Of a stretch of 64,000 nt of DNA, positions 1 to 10,799 are shown piece by piece. Numbering within the stretch: the stretch's first letter is position 1; every line of letters begins with the position of its first letter. The position numbers were made by a program, and so were the translations under genes. Below the pieces are notes generated by a model. The model was not told the origin of the DNA. It was given only the letters and a program-made list of their open reading frames with translations, and ran no database searches. Source of the DNA: Blepharisma stoltei ATCC 30299 (Eukaryota; Protista; Ciliophora); contig CBFDEM010000001.1 of NCBI GenBank assembly GCA_965603825.1, positions 434,001 through 498,000 on the forward strand. The letters run 5' to 3'.

Positions 1-1
1 C

Positions 2-1012
2 AAAAGAAGCAACAAAGATAAACATGAAGTTTTATTTCTAGCTAAAGCTATGTGGAACAATGAGATATTGCCTATTTGAGCTAAATATACCCCAAAGCAA
101 GATGTCGAATTAATGGATATTTCAGCTAAAGATGAAATTCGTAATTATTTGCAATTCTTTTTAGATAAAAATGAAGAAGACACACTTGTAATTCTGTCTG
201 AAACTCTCCCAAAAGCAATTATCTTATATGGCCCGCATGGATCAGGAAAATCATCATTAGTAAAATGTATGGCGAATGTGCTGGGTTTTAAAATCCTTGA
301 ATCTAATGCATCACAGTGCAGAAATAGCTCATCAATTCTTAGTTTAATGAAGGAAGCAAGCCAAAACCAAGTTGTTCAGTCCCATTTTTGGAAAGGGTCC
401 TTAATTTTTATAGAAGACATTGATATTGTTTTAGAGCCTGACAAAAGATTTTATAAAGCTTTATCCAATTTAGTTAAAAATTCAAGAAATCCAGTAATTT
501 TGACTGCGACAAAAATCCCTCATGAATTTAGTAGAGACAAATATAAAAAAATTGAAATTAAAAGACCAGAAATAGAAGAAATTCAATTAAGGCTTGAAAT
601 TATTAATATTTTTGAAAAGCTGGAGATTGAAAGCGACGATATAAAATTTCTTATATATTTGGCAGATAGAGATTTGAATTGGATTTTTAGCTCTTTAGAT
701 GTGAAACCTTTATGATTTGGCCTAGGATTGACATTTCCGGTAAAACCATGCAGCAATTTCGAAAAGAAAGAAAAATTCATTACAGTCTCTTGCAGTGTTC
801 CAAGCCGCCCTATAATTCCATCATTTGAATATTTATACTTGAACTCTACAGAAATAGAACTTGATCTGGATGCACATTCAGAGTACCTATCAGCATTAGA
901 ATATGATTTTATAGATGTACTTAATGATTTTTTCTCTCAAAAATCAAAAATCGACTCTCTGGTCTCTATACCAAAACTGAGTGCTGAAAACGGCATTTTC
1001 TCAATAACTTAA
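2..1012 (+). CDS. ATAD5/Elg1-like RFC large-subunit AAA+ ATPase, 5'-partial
   Basis: One frame when TGA (77-79, 713-715) is read as W. Motifs: LPIWAKYTP (RFC box W..KY.P), Walker A GPHGSGKSS, ESNAS..R, SLIFIEDIDIV, RNPVILTA. Ends TAA at 1010-1012. Confidence 0.75.
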
Positions 1013-1045
1013 CAAACTTGTTTACAAAAAAACAATTATTTTCCA

Positions 1046-1525
1046 TTAAAACTCGTCCTCACTCTTTTCTGTCTCATTTTCACTTTCCTCTTCCTCTTCT
1101 TCATTGCTCTCTTCTTCTCCTTTTTCTGAGCCTTCTTCCTCTTCATTTTCATCGCTTTCTTTTTCATTTTGCAATAAACTTTCTTCAGCTTCTAAATCTT
1201 GATGCATATTTTTTACAGCTCCACCACCTTTTTCAAATGACTGCCTAATGACATCTACACTTAGCATGGTTTCTAAGCAAGCTCTCACAAATAAAACTCC
1301 AAAAACCAAAATAAAAATTGAAAAAATTATTCCAACAGTAAGCCCAAAATTCCCTCCTTTTATGCTGCATTCTACAGTTAAGAAAATAGTTCCCATTCAG
1401 ATTCCTACTAATGTAAAATAGTATAATATTGATAGTCATTTTTTCTATATGATGATTACACTTTCCCATGAATCGAAATAAAGCAGATCTGTCGGATTTC
1501 CTTGTGGGAGATGGGGAAAATTCAT
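1046..1525 (-). CDS. Small membrane protein with two hydrophobic helices and an acidic Glu-rich tail
   Basis: ATG at 1525, 15-nt intron at 1445-1459, two TGA=W (KKWLSILYYFTLVGIWMGTIF), then joins ORF 1046..1396 in frame. Confidence 0.65.
1445..1459 (-). other. 15-nt spliceosomal intron
   Basis: GTAATCATCATATAG with A at -6; removal deletes an in-frame TAG and restores the ORF. Confidence 0.8.
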
Positions 1526-1595
1526 AATAAATTACATTTGAAAATTATGAATTTCTTTTAATATGAATATGTCAAGTTTAGTGAATTAGCATGTA

Positions 1596-2705
1596 TTATA
1601 ATTCTGAAGGATCTTTTAGCCTTTTGCCTTCTTTCCATTCTCCTTCTTTCTTTTCTCCTCGGGCAGAAGCTTGATAAGTTCCTCTTCCATGTTGTTTTCC
1701 ATTAAACCAAGCCCCTTCATATACTCTTCCATCAGGCCATTTGAAGACTCCATATCCTTGTTTTTTGTCATCTACATAATCTCCAACATAGCATCTTCCG
1801 TCAGGCCATGTAAACGTACCTTTTCCATTCATCCTATTACTTTTTCACTCTCCTACGTATTTTCTTCCATCATTTCAAGTAAAGGTCCCAACTCCATGCA
1901 AATTATTATCTTGAAATTCTCCTTCATAAACATTTCCATCTGCACAATAAAACTTCCCTTTCCCATGCTTCTTTCCATGCAAATAGCTGCCTTCATATTT
2001 AGCTCCATCAGGCCAAGTTTCAACGCCAACTCCATGCTGCTTGTCTTCTTCTCAATTTCCAGCATACTGAGCTCCATCAATATGAGTATAAGTCCCAAAC
2101 CCATGAGCTTTATCATTAAATCAGGACCCTTCATATACATCTCCATCGCCATGAATCAGCCTTCCTTGTCCATTAGTCATATCATTTTTCCAATATCCTT
2201 CATAAATCGACCCATCTTTGAGCAGCTGCTGTCCTTTTCCATGCCTCTCATTCTTCTCATTCCATTCTCCAATATAAATTTCTCCATTTTCAAGCAAAAC
2301 TGGGCCTCTTTTGGTAACTTTATTGTTATCTTTAGGGTCGAAGTCATATCGATATGGTCCAAATTTGTGAATTGCAGCCATTGTGGCTGAATTAGAATAA
2401 TCAGGAATTTCGCCTTGGATTTCTTGAAGAGTTTCTCGTTTAAGATTTTTGGTGATACTTGTGGAATGCTCAATAATTAGGGATTTCATGTAGTTTCTGG
2501 CAAGATATCCACGGAGAGCAGCTTGAGCTTTGACTGGGAAGGTAGGATCTGGCAGGGTTATATTTAAAGTTGTGAACTGTGTGGGTTGATTTTCTGTAGA
2601 GACTTTTTCTGGAGCTTTTTTTATTAGGATAGATTCTTCGTTCATTATTCCGATTTCTTGGCTTGCGGTAGTATGCGAATTAAGGCATGAGCATGATGAA
2701 CCCAT
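1596..2705 (-). CDS. MORN-repeat protein with IQ motif and N-terminal MGxxCxC acylation motif (369 aa)
   Basis: Continuous MORN repeats (YxGxW...xHGxG). TGA at 2121, 2052 and 1845 is the W of YxGxW; TGA at 1875 is the W of TWxDG. IQ-like [12 protein letters not shown]. Confidence 0.9.
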
Positions 2706-3123
2706 TTAATTTTAATTATTAATAATGGTTAATTAATTACAATAATTGGATATGCCATTAATTTCATGGAGGAAGCTTATTATTTTTAAGAATATAATAA
2801 AAAATCTGAATTTATTGTCATATATTTTAATAAATAGGAGCATAAAAATAATTTGTTTTAATGATGGTACTTAGTCGTCTTAGGCTATTTCTTATAAGAA
2901 ATTAATTTTAAAAAGAGATTCTTATAATAATTTACTTTGAATTCTTAAATAGTTATCACATTAGAATTTAAATATTTTTATTTCCTATTTTCATCTGAAT
3001 TATACCTTTCAAGCATTTGCCAATTTAAATATTAATATATCAAGTATTCAAAACTTATAAGAAATTTAATCGTAATAACAAGTTAAAATCAAGTCTAATT
3101 TCTCCTAAAGAATTTCTTATTCA

Positions 3124-3414
3124 CTAAAATAAATCCTTCTGCCTTATATAGTTGAAATAGAAGTTGTTCATAAGTGCCATCTGGATTCCGAAAATTCCGT
3201 GAAGATGATATTGAAAAGCCAAGTCATTATTCTGAAATGTGCCATTAAATGTGCTGTCAAGAGCCCCATTAAACGTGTTATCAAATGTGCCAAATGCTCT
3301 CCCTTGTCTCTGCTTGTGTCTTGGATTAGACTCGCACTTCACAAACAACCTTTTGCCTCTTCTCACGAAATAGCACTTCTCGCATCTCTTTTTTAGTGAC
3401 CCTACAAGCTTCAT
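3124..3414 (-). CDS. MRPL36: Ribosomal protein bL36, probably mitochondrial, with C-terminal extension
   Basis: [38 protein letters not shown] is the bL36 Zn-ribbon signature. Confidence 0.85.
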   Translation of the reverse strand: MKLVGSLKKRCEKCYFVRRGKRLFVKCESNPRHKQRQGRAFGTFDNTFNGALDSTFNGTFQNNDLAFQYHLHGIFGIQMALMNNFYFNYIRQKDLF

Positions 3415-3482
3415 ATTTGACTAAAAATTATATAATAGCCCAATATTAATCTAGCTTTCACATAATTTTTACAAATAAAATA

Positions 3483-5660
3483 ATGAAGATTAAGGTAAAA
3501 TTTCTCAACAATTTATCGAAAAGGAATATTTTAGAGCTTGACTTTAACCCTGATCATTCTGTATCTCAAGCTAAAAAAACAATTGCAAGCTTGCTTGGTG
3601 TCCCAAGCAAAACGATAAGGTTGTTGACATATCGATGTGGGCTTCAAGTTTTAATGAGCGATTCATGGCCGCTTAGATTTTTTATTTCAGACGATTTTTC
3701 AACTATAAAAGTAGACAAATTCAAATTTGCAATTGAAAATACACCACGAAAGTTGAGAAGAGCTTCCACATATATGGATACTTTAGGGCGTGGAAATTAT
3801 TTCCCCACCAGCAGAGAGTATGGGCCTTTTGATAAAGTTATTGACGAGTGCATATTGGGGAATTTAACAGATTTAAAGAAGGTTGTCGAAATTTATGAAA
3901 ATGAAGTCCCTGATGATGAAGATATTTTGAACCAAACCCAAGGATGCTTGTGGAGTCCTTTACATTATGCATGCTATTATGGGCATAGCCATATAGTCGA
4001 ATATTTAGTGAGTAGAAACGTAAATGCGAATAAAGTAACAATAGATGAATGGACGCCACTTCAGCTTTGCTGCTATCAAGGGAATATTGATGCTGTAGCT
4101 GAACTGCTAAAACACCCAAATCTTCAAATAAATAAAATGACAAAATTCCGAGGAACAGGACTTCATCTTGCATGTGAAAGAGGCTTTATCGATATCGTAA
4201 AAATGCTTCTTGACAAAAGCGCCTGCATGACTTTAGAAGATCCCAAAGGCAAAACGCCGATAGAAGTCTCAACAGAAGTCGAAATTTTATCAATAATCCC
4301 TGTATATCTTGGCCAAGAACAGCTGAAAAAATATACACAAATATCAGACTCCCTCACCTGTTTTTGTGGAGAAGTCTGGATGACTGGCTCTTTATTTATT
4401 CACGACAAATCAGTATTCTTATACATGGACCCAGAAAAAGGCACTATAGATAGGCATCAAAATAAAGAAAATTATTTAGATGGGGTAGCTCCAGAATCAA
4501 CGCTTTTATTAACTGATATTCAAGATATAAGGCTTTCAGGTGGCAATTCTTTTGTTATTGAAACCTCCAAAGCAAGCTACAAATTTTACACAAAATATGC
4601 AGATTTAACAAAAGAATGGGTCAATAGGATCAAGCAGGGCGTAAATTATTGCTTAATCACAAAGCCAATAGAAAAAACCAAAAAAACATTTACAGAAGCT
4701 ATAGCTAACGAAATCATAGAAGACGAAACAGTTTCAACCACAGCAGACGCTGCAAATTCAGTAGAAGCAGATGAAAAGGAAGTGGTTAATTTTAATAGTT
4801 TTTCTATATTAGAAGAAATAGGTAGCGGATCATTTGGAATAGTGTATAAAGTCCAAAAAAACAACACAGATGAAATATATGCTATGAAATCTTTATCTAA
4901 AGCTACATTACAAAAAGCAAAACAGCTGAAATATGCTATCAGTGAGTGCAAAATTATGAAGCAGCTAAAGCACCCTTTTATAGTGACTCTGCATTATGCA
5001 TTCCAAACAAGCAAGTTTTTATATTTAATTCTTGAACTGTGCCCTTATGGAGATCTTTTAGGTCAAATTGAGTCTAAAGGATACCTCAGAGAAAATGATG
5101 CCAAATTTTATTTAGCTGAAATTATATTGGCATTGGAGTATCTACATTCGCTAGATATTATATATAGAGACTTGAAGCCGGCGAATATCCTTATAGACCA
5201 AGGAGGGCATGCAAAACTTGCTGATTTTGGCTTAGCCAAAGAAAAAGTCGACAAGAATAATCCTGCAATGACCATGGCAGGCTCGCCAGCTTATTTGCCC
5301 CCAGAAATTGTTTCAAAAAAAGGAGCAAGTAAAGCCTCAGATATCTATGGAATTGGCCCACTTCTATACGAGCTTCTTACAGGAACTCCTCCTTATTACT
5401 CAACAGACATTGATGTTTTGTTTCAAAACATAAAGCAAGGCCGTTTATCATTCCCTCCAAATATGAGTATCAGTGCAAATGCAAAAGACCTTATCAACCT
5501 CGTCATGAACCGAGACCCTCTCAAGCGTCCACAGATCTCGCAAATAAAGCGACACCCTTTTTTCCGTAAACTCGACTGGGAAGCCTTACTCGCCAAGCGC
5601 ATTCGTTCCCCCAAGCTTGGCGGCTCCACAGATTCCTTATTTTTATGTGATGATAATTAA
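3483..5660 (+). CDS. AGC-family Ser/Thr kinase with ubiquitin-like N-terminus, ankyrin repeats and PH-like domain
   Basis: Ankyrin motifs SPLHYAC, TPLQLCC, TGLHLAC; PH C-terminal helix KEWVNRI; kinase motifs GSGSFG, YAMK, YRDLKPAN, DFG. Confidence 0.9.
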   Translation: MKIKVKFLNNLSKRNILELDFNPDHSVSQAKKTIASLLGVPSKTIRLLTYRCGLQVLMSDSWPLRFFISDDFSTIKVDKFKFAIENTPRKLRRASTYMDTLGRGNYFPTSREYGPFDKVIDECILGNLTDLKKVVEIYENEVPDDEDILNQTQGCLWSPLHYACYYGHSHIVEYLVSRNVNANKVTIDEWTPLQLCCYQGNIDAVAELLKHPNLQINKMTKFRGTGLHLACERGFIDIVKMLLDKSACMTLEDPKGKTPIEVSTEVEILSIIPVYLGQEQLKKYTQISDSLTCFCGEVWMTGSLFIHDKSVFLYMDPEKGTIDRHQNKENYLDGVAPESTLLLTDIQDIRLSGGNSFVIETSKASYKFYTKYADLTKEWVNRIKQGVNYCLITKPIEKTKKTFTEAIANEIIEDETVSTTADAANSVEADEKEVVNFNSFSILEEIGSGSFGIVYKVQKNNTDEIYAMKSLSKATLQKAKQLKYAISECKIMKQLKHPFIVTLHYAFQTSKFLYLILELCPYGDLLGQIESKGYLRENDAKFYLAEIILALEYLHSLDIIYRDLKPANILIDQGGHAKLADFGLAKEKVDKNNPAMTMAGSPAYLPPEIVSKKGASKASDIYGIGPLLYELLTGTPPYYSTDIDVLFQNIKQGRLSFPPNMSISANAKDLINLVMNRDPLKRPQISQIKRHPFFRKLDWEALLAKRIRSPKLGGSTDSLFLCDDN

Positions 5661-5676
5661 GAAGAATTTCTTAGTC

Positions 5677-6474
5677 TTAAACTGTTAAAGTCTTCTCAGC
5701 ACCTTGGCTTCTTAAAAAGTCCTGATGCTCGTCAAATGGAGTCTTCAAGAAGTAAGTTGGCTTCCACTGGTCTGGAGTCAAGAACTCAAATGTCTTAGAA
5801 AGGGCATCATAAGTGGCTCTTACAAAGTTGTAGGTTGACCTCGTCTTTCCAGCCGTCGAGGTATATACATCGCCAACTCCAGCTAAGTTCAAAATCTTCT
5901 TAGCCACTGGTGGAGCCACAATGCCAGTTCCTCTTGGTGCTGGGACAAGTCTCATCCTTACGCTTCCGCATTTTCCTGTCACCTTCATGGCAATTGTGTG
6001 AGGGTTTCCGATTTTGTTTCCCCAATAGCCTCTTCTGACTGGCACAATGTTGAGCTTGGCAAGCTGGGCTGCTCCTTTGATGGCAGTTGGAGCTTCCTTA
6101 GCGACTTTCATGCCAATTCCAATGTGTCCGTCTAAGTCACCGACGATCACACAAGCTTGGAATCTGGTTCTTTGTCCGGCTTGTGTCTGCTTTTGGACTG
6201 GCTTGATTCTCATAAGCTCTTCTTTCAGCTTGTCGCCTAAGAAGTGCTCCACGATTTCAGTCTCCTTGATAGGAATTGAGTGGAGGAAAATCTCTTCGAT
6301 TTTCTTGAGTTTTCCTGCCTTTACAAGTCTGCCTAATTTGGTGAGAGGAGTCCAGGCTTCCTTTTCTTTAGGAGCGTCGCCTCTGCGTGGTGGACGGTCG
6401 CCTTGTCTTCTTTCAGGCTTGCCTCTGCCAAATCCTCTACCTGTGCCTGTCTTAGGTGCTTGCTTTTGTTCCAT
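5677..6474 (-). CDS. RPS2: 40S ribosomal protein S2 (uS5)
   Basis: [44 protein letters not shown]. Confidence 0.97.
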   Translation of the reverse strand: MEQKQAPKTGTGRGFGRGKPERRQGDRPPRRGDAPKEKEAWTPLTKLGRLVKAGKLKKIEEIFLHSIPIKETEIVEHFLGDKLKEELMRIKPVQKQTQAGQRTRFQACVIVGDLDGHIGIGMKVAKEAPTAIKGAAQLAKLNIVPVRRGYWGNKIGNPHTIAMKVTGKCGSVRMRLVPAPRGTGIVAPPVAKKILNLAGVGDVYTSTAGKTRSTYNFVRATYDALSKTFEFLTPDQWKPTYFLKTPFDEHQDFLRSQGAEKTLTV

Positions 6475-6514
6475 TTTTGGCCACTAAATTATAAGTTTAA
6501 TCTAAGAGTATTAC

Positions 6515-7975
6515 TTAAAGCTTCCATGCTTGTCTGAGCATGGCTTCAAAGTAGTCGTCGTTATCAATGCTGGCGCTGACGTCTTCGTAGTATCTTGCGA
6601 ACTCTTGGAGCGTCACGATTCCGTCTGGTTTTTCTGTATCCCACATGGTGATGAATTCTCTGAAGATTTCAGCGTCAGTTTTCTTGCCTGAAACTACATC
6701 TGGGTGTCTGCTGGCGTCATAAGTTCTGGCGATGTCGTCTAATGTGACTTGGCCGTCTCCATTTTTATCGAGTTTTTCATAAGCTAAAGCGACAAGTCTG
6801 AGTCTTCGGTTGTTCATTGGGCCTTTGATGGTAGTGAGAAATTCGTCGAAATTGACGATTCCGTCTTTGTTGCGATCAAAACAGGAGACGAGGGTGCTAA
6901 TTTCGGAGTCGTTGAGTATTATGCCGTAATTTATAAGGCCCCATTTGAAGTCTTCTGGGTCTAGAAGTCTGTTTCCATTCGCGTCCATGTTTTTGAAGAT
7001 TTTGGAAAGACCTCTGATGCCATAGCCACCTCTTTCAAGTAGCACTTGTCTGATTCTGGAGAGAAGCTGCTCTGGGCCAATTGAAGTGCCTTCTGCTGGC
7101 AAGTTTTCTTGAGCTGCGCTTGGGTCATTTGAGGTTACAAACATCCAGACATTTTCATCACCTTGATGTCTACTAGGGATATCAACTGTTAATTTTCCAA
7201 CCTTTTCTGATGATAATTGTTGAGCCTTTTTATGATTTAAAAAGGAGTGGGAGCATACTTCAAATTCACTACCATAATCATTTTTATAGTTTATATTGTC
7301 AGCAGCAAGCCACTGGCCAGTCAAATTGTGTTTAATCACAACAGCTTGATTTGCTCCTACAGGATGGCCATTCATTTCAAAGCGGACTTTAGGGTCCGAA
7401 TGTTCAATTACCCATATAGTGTTTGCGTTTTTACGAGGAGCCATACAGACTTCTTGGTGACGTGAAAATCTGGCAAATCTCATTGGAGACACAACTAAGG
7501 AATGAAGATAAAGAGGGTATTGAGAAAGATAAGGGTGAACAGTCAGGGTAAATTGTTGTCCATAATGAAGGTAATCTCCAGGAAAACCATCATCTTCACT
7601 GAATCGTTGTAGAATGAATACTGAACGAGCTACTGGAGATCTGTACTGAGGCGATGCTGTAACTGCAACTCCTTCATCACCTTCAATCTTGTCTCCCATA
7701 TCAGTTACTAAGAACCCATTGGTTTTCTTATTAAGCAGCATAATTCTATCTCCGAAATGCAGCTTCCCATCACCACTAAAAGAATGCCCAACTGTTGTTA
7801 GACTTTTCTGGAGTTTTTCTTGAATTTGGTGCACTACCAGTTGTCCACCCTCTCTTCTTTTTAAAAAATCCTTGAACCTTATTTGGTCAAGATCTACATC
7901 TTCACGCCAATTTCCAATAAGAACTTTTGGATTATATCTCTGGCCGCCTTGTCGCTGTTGAGTTGTAAACAACAT
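6515..7975 (-). CDS. CFAP161: CFAP161-like ciliary protein fused to a calcyphosin-type four-EF-hand domain
   Basis: N-terminal YNPKVLIGNWRED and HYGQ.F.L motifs; C-terminal RGGYGIRGL..F..MD, DRNKDGIVNFDEF, DKNGDGQVT, SASIDNDDYF..ML..AWKL. Confidence 0.8.
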   Translation of the reverse strand: MLFTTQQRQGGQRYNPKVLIGNWREDVDLDQIRFKDFLKRREGGQLVVHQIQEKLQKSLTTVGHSFSGDGKLHFGDRIMLLNKKTNGFLVTDMGDKIEGDEGVAVTASPQYRSPVARSVFILQRFSEDDGFPGDYLHYGQQFTLTVHPYLSQYPLYLHSLVVSPMRFARFSRHQEVCMAPRKNANTIWVIEHSDPKVRFEMNGHPVGANQAVVIKHNLTGQWLAADNINYKNDYGSEFEVCSHSFLNHKKAQQLSSEKVGKLTVDIPSRHQGDENVWMFVTSNDPSAAQENLPAEGTSIGPEQLLSRIRQVLLERGGYGIRGLSKIFKNMDANGNRLLDPEDFKWGLINYGIILNDSEISTLVSCFDRNKDGIVNFDEFLTTIKGPMNNRRLRLVALAYEKLDKNGDGQVTLDDIARTYDASRHPDVVSGKKTDAEIFREFITMWDTEKPDGIVTLQEFARYYEDVSASIDNDDYFEAMLRQAWKL

Positions 7976-8013
7976 ATTTATTTGTTCAAATTATTTATGA
8001 TGAAACTTTATAA

Positions 8014-9475
8014 ATGGAAAACAAGCCTATTGAAACTAGATCCAGATCGAGTGGGGTTTTACCATCTCGATCAACAATTTTGAGGGAGTTTAATATGTTT
8101 AATAAAGCTAGACTTGAAGAAAGGAAAAAAAATGTATTAAATACAAGTGCATTGAATAAATCTGTGGTTTTCAAAAGGAAAGAATTCTATACACCTAATA
8201 TATCTCCTAGGCTCCTAAATAAAACGCAAATTGGCATAAGAAATGTTGAAACTCCTAATAGGTTAAATCAGTCACAAAACGTAAATCTTCCAATAAAAGA
8301 AACTTCTTTAAGGGGAAATAACGACCCACATGCATTTGCAAGAGCAATTCATCTTGAACCTAAACTAACAAATAATTCGCATTTATCGTTACAAAATAAA
8401 CAAAGGAAAGAAAAAATTAAAATTTATGAAGAAAGTTCTGTAGTTGAGCTCCCCTCAGTCAACAAGTCTAAAAGAAAAGCTATAAAAGAGGCTGTTTCAA
8501 GAAATCAGAGTCCTTTATCTAATTCAGTACCTGAGATAAGGCAGGTTAATATAGCATCAAAAATTCCTGTAAGATGTGCATATTTAACGAAAACAGGGGT
8601 TTCTGCAGGAAAAACAAAAGCTAATAATCAAGATGCGTTTATTTTGAAATATAAATTTGGACAAGTTTTTAATCAAATTTTATTAGGAGTTTTAGATGGT
8701 CATGGCATCGAAGGACATCTTGTGTCAAATTTCATTAAAAGGGTTCTGCCGATAGAAATAGAAAGCAACAGTCCTCCAGAAGGTAAAATTTTATATAGTT
8801 ATCACAAATAGCCATATCCCAACAGAAGAGCTGCATTCCAAGCTAAAAGAAAGCATTACTAAAGGCTTTTTAGCTGCAAATGTTGATTTAAGCCAAAATA
8901 AAACGATAGATTCCAAATTTTCTGGGACCACTGTAAATTTAGTTTTAATCAGAGGAAAATTTTGCATATGCGCCAATGCTGGAGACTCACGAGCCATTAT
9001 AGGAAGATATGAAAATAATCGATGAACGCCAATTCCATTATCAAACGACCATAAACCAGAAGTAGAAAGCGAAAGAATTAGAATAGAGAAATATGGAGGA
9101 AGGGTAGAACCTTATAGTGAAATTGCTGGACAATTTTTGGGCCCTCAAAGAGTATGATTGAAAAATTCACAAATTCCTGGACTTGCTATGACAAGGTCTT
9201 TAGGTGATTTTATAGCTTCACAGGTCGGGGTAATCCCAGATCCTGAAATAAAAATCCATGAAATGACGAAAAGTGATAAGTTTATAGTGCTTGCGACTGA
9301 TGGAGTATGAGAATTTGTATCTAATGAAGAGTGTGTCAATTTGGTAGGAAGATTTTATAGAGAAGGAATTCCAGAGTCAGCTTGCAATGCGTTGATGGAG
9401 AGAGCGTTGAATTATTGGAAAAATATCGATCAAGTTGTAGATGATATTACTATAATTGTAGCGTATATAAAATAA
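8014..9475 (+). CDS. Protein phosphatase 2C with long N-terminal extension
   Basis: NQDAF, DGHG, 16-nt intron 8783-8798, SGTT, ANAGDSR, DHKP, RV(TGA)L, GLAMTRSLGD, ATDGV(TGA)EF, DDIT; TAA at 9473-9475. Confidence 0.92.
8783..8798 (+). other. 16-nt spliceosomal intron
   Basis: GTAAAATTTTATATAG; removal is required to join the two halves of the PP2C domain in frame. Confidence 0.9.
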
Positions 9476-9904
9476 ATTTAATCTTATGTGCATTATCTTA
9501 AATCCACCCTTAAGAAATTTTGATCGGTAAGCAAGATCAGATTAATTTGAAAATAAATAAATTAACGGTTTCACTTTTATAAAAAAATCAAGTTAACTTA
9601 CACTATTTTGGGTTAGAGAAATAAAAACCAAGTTTTCCTTAATATTTTTATAAGTTTGAGCCAAAAAAATTCAAAGATTTCTTATGAGTAATTAAAATTT
9701 TATCGCATTTAATTTTTATATAATAATTACTGTAAATTTTAATAATTATAGCAATATATTTTATTTTTCACAATTTTTATCCTTTTCCATTGCTTTTATA
9801 ATACTAAAATTTCATTATTCCGTTGCTTTTCTCTTAAATTTGCTAAAAAAATCATCCATTTTCTTTTCCAGTTCACATATAATAACAATAATAACTACCA
9901 AATC

Positions 9905-10381
9905 ATGATTTGCATTGATAAAATCGATGACGGCATCTATCTAGGAAACGAGGCAGCAGCCTCTCGTCTAGATTTACTCAAAAACAATGGAATCTCTCAC
10001 ATAATTGTGGCAGGGATTGAGCTGGAACCTCATTTTCCAATCCATTTTAGCTACAAGAAACTTGAAGTACTGGACCGCAGCGAAGAAAAAATCGATAAAT
10101 ACTTTGAAGAATGTAATGAATTTATTGATGAAGCAATTAACAGCAATAACCGAGTTTTTATTCACTGCTACCAAGGGGTTTCCAGAAGCTGTTCTATAGC
10201 AGCGGCTTATTTAATATCCAAAAAGAAATTCAGCCCTCGGCTTGCTTTAGATTATATTAAAAGCAAGCATTTTGAGTGCAACCCAAATAAAGGGTTTTGT
10301 GAGCAATTAGAAAGCTATGGAAAGAGAATTAACATGAAGCGGGCTCATCAAAAGAATTCTACTTGTTGCCAAGTATTTTAA
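9905..10381 (+). CDS. Atypical dual-specificity phosphatase
   Basis: IYLGN, HCYQGVSRS catalytic motif, PNKGF..QL; C-terminal CCQVF. Confidence 0.92.
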   Translation: MICIDKIDDGIYLGNEAAASRLDLLKNNGISHIIVAGIELEPHFPIHFSYKKLEVLDRSEEKIDKYFEECNEFIDEAINSNNRVFIHCYQGVSRSCSIAAAYLISKKKFSPRLALDYIKSKHFECNPNKGFCEQLESYGKRINMKRAHQKNSTCCQVF

Positions 10382-10799
10382 GTTAAAATTTTGTAATTTC
10401 ATTATTGAAATGTTTCTAATGATTACTAATAGTAACTGCTAGTTAATGCAAATGGAGAAATCTATAGGCATAAATAATTAAAATGAAGTTGCATTGTAAA
10501 GTTTTTGAGAAAATTCTGATCATTTCTATTCGATGCTAATAATCTTGTGGATGTACTTAGTAAATGTTATTTTTCTAAGCAGTATATATAAATTTATGAG
10601 TATTAAAAAAAATACTTTTGTATTTTAATATCAATTAAGAATTTTAAATATTTTTATTCATCCTTCACTTCTTTTTAACTCCATTTTTAAGACGAACTAA
10701 TTCATTATCCTTATTTTTCTAAAGAATTAATTTTCTTAATATATATGTATATTTATTCAAAATTTCTCATGATTAATAGAAATTTAGTAGACCAACAAT

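Noticed and set aside
1671-2390. Long antisense or alternate-frame ORFs (also 6047..6487, 13848..14165, 35432..35881, 50833..51231, 46323..46532)
   Set aside because: They are shadows of real genes on the other strand or frame and have no recognisable motifs.
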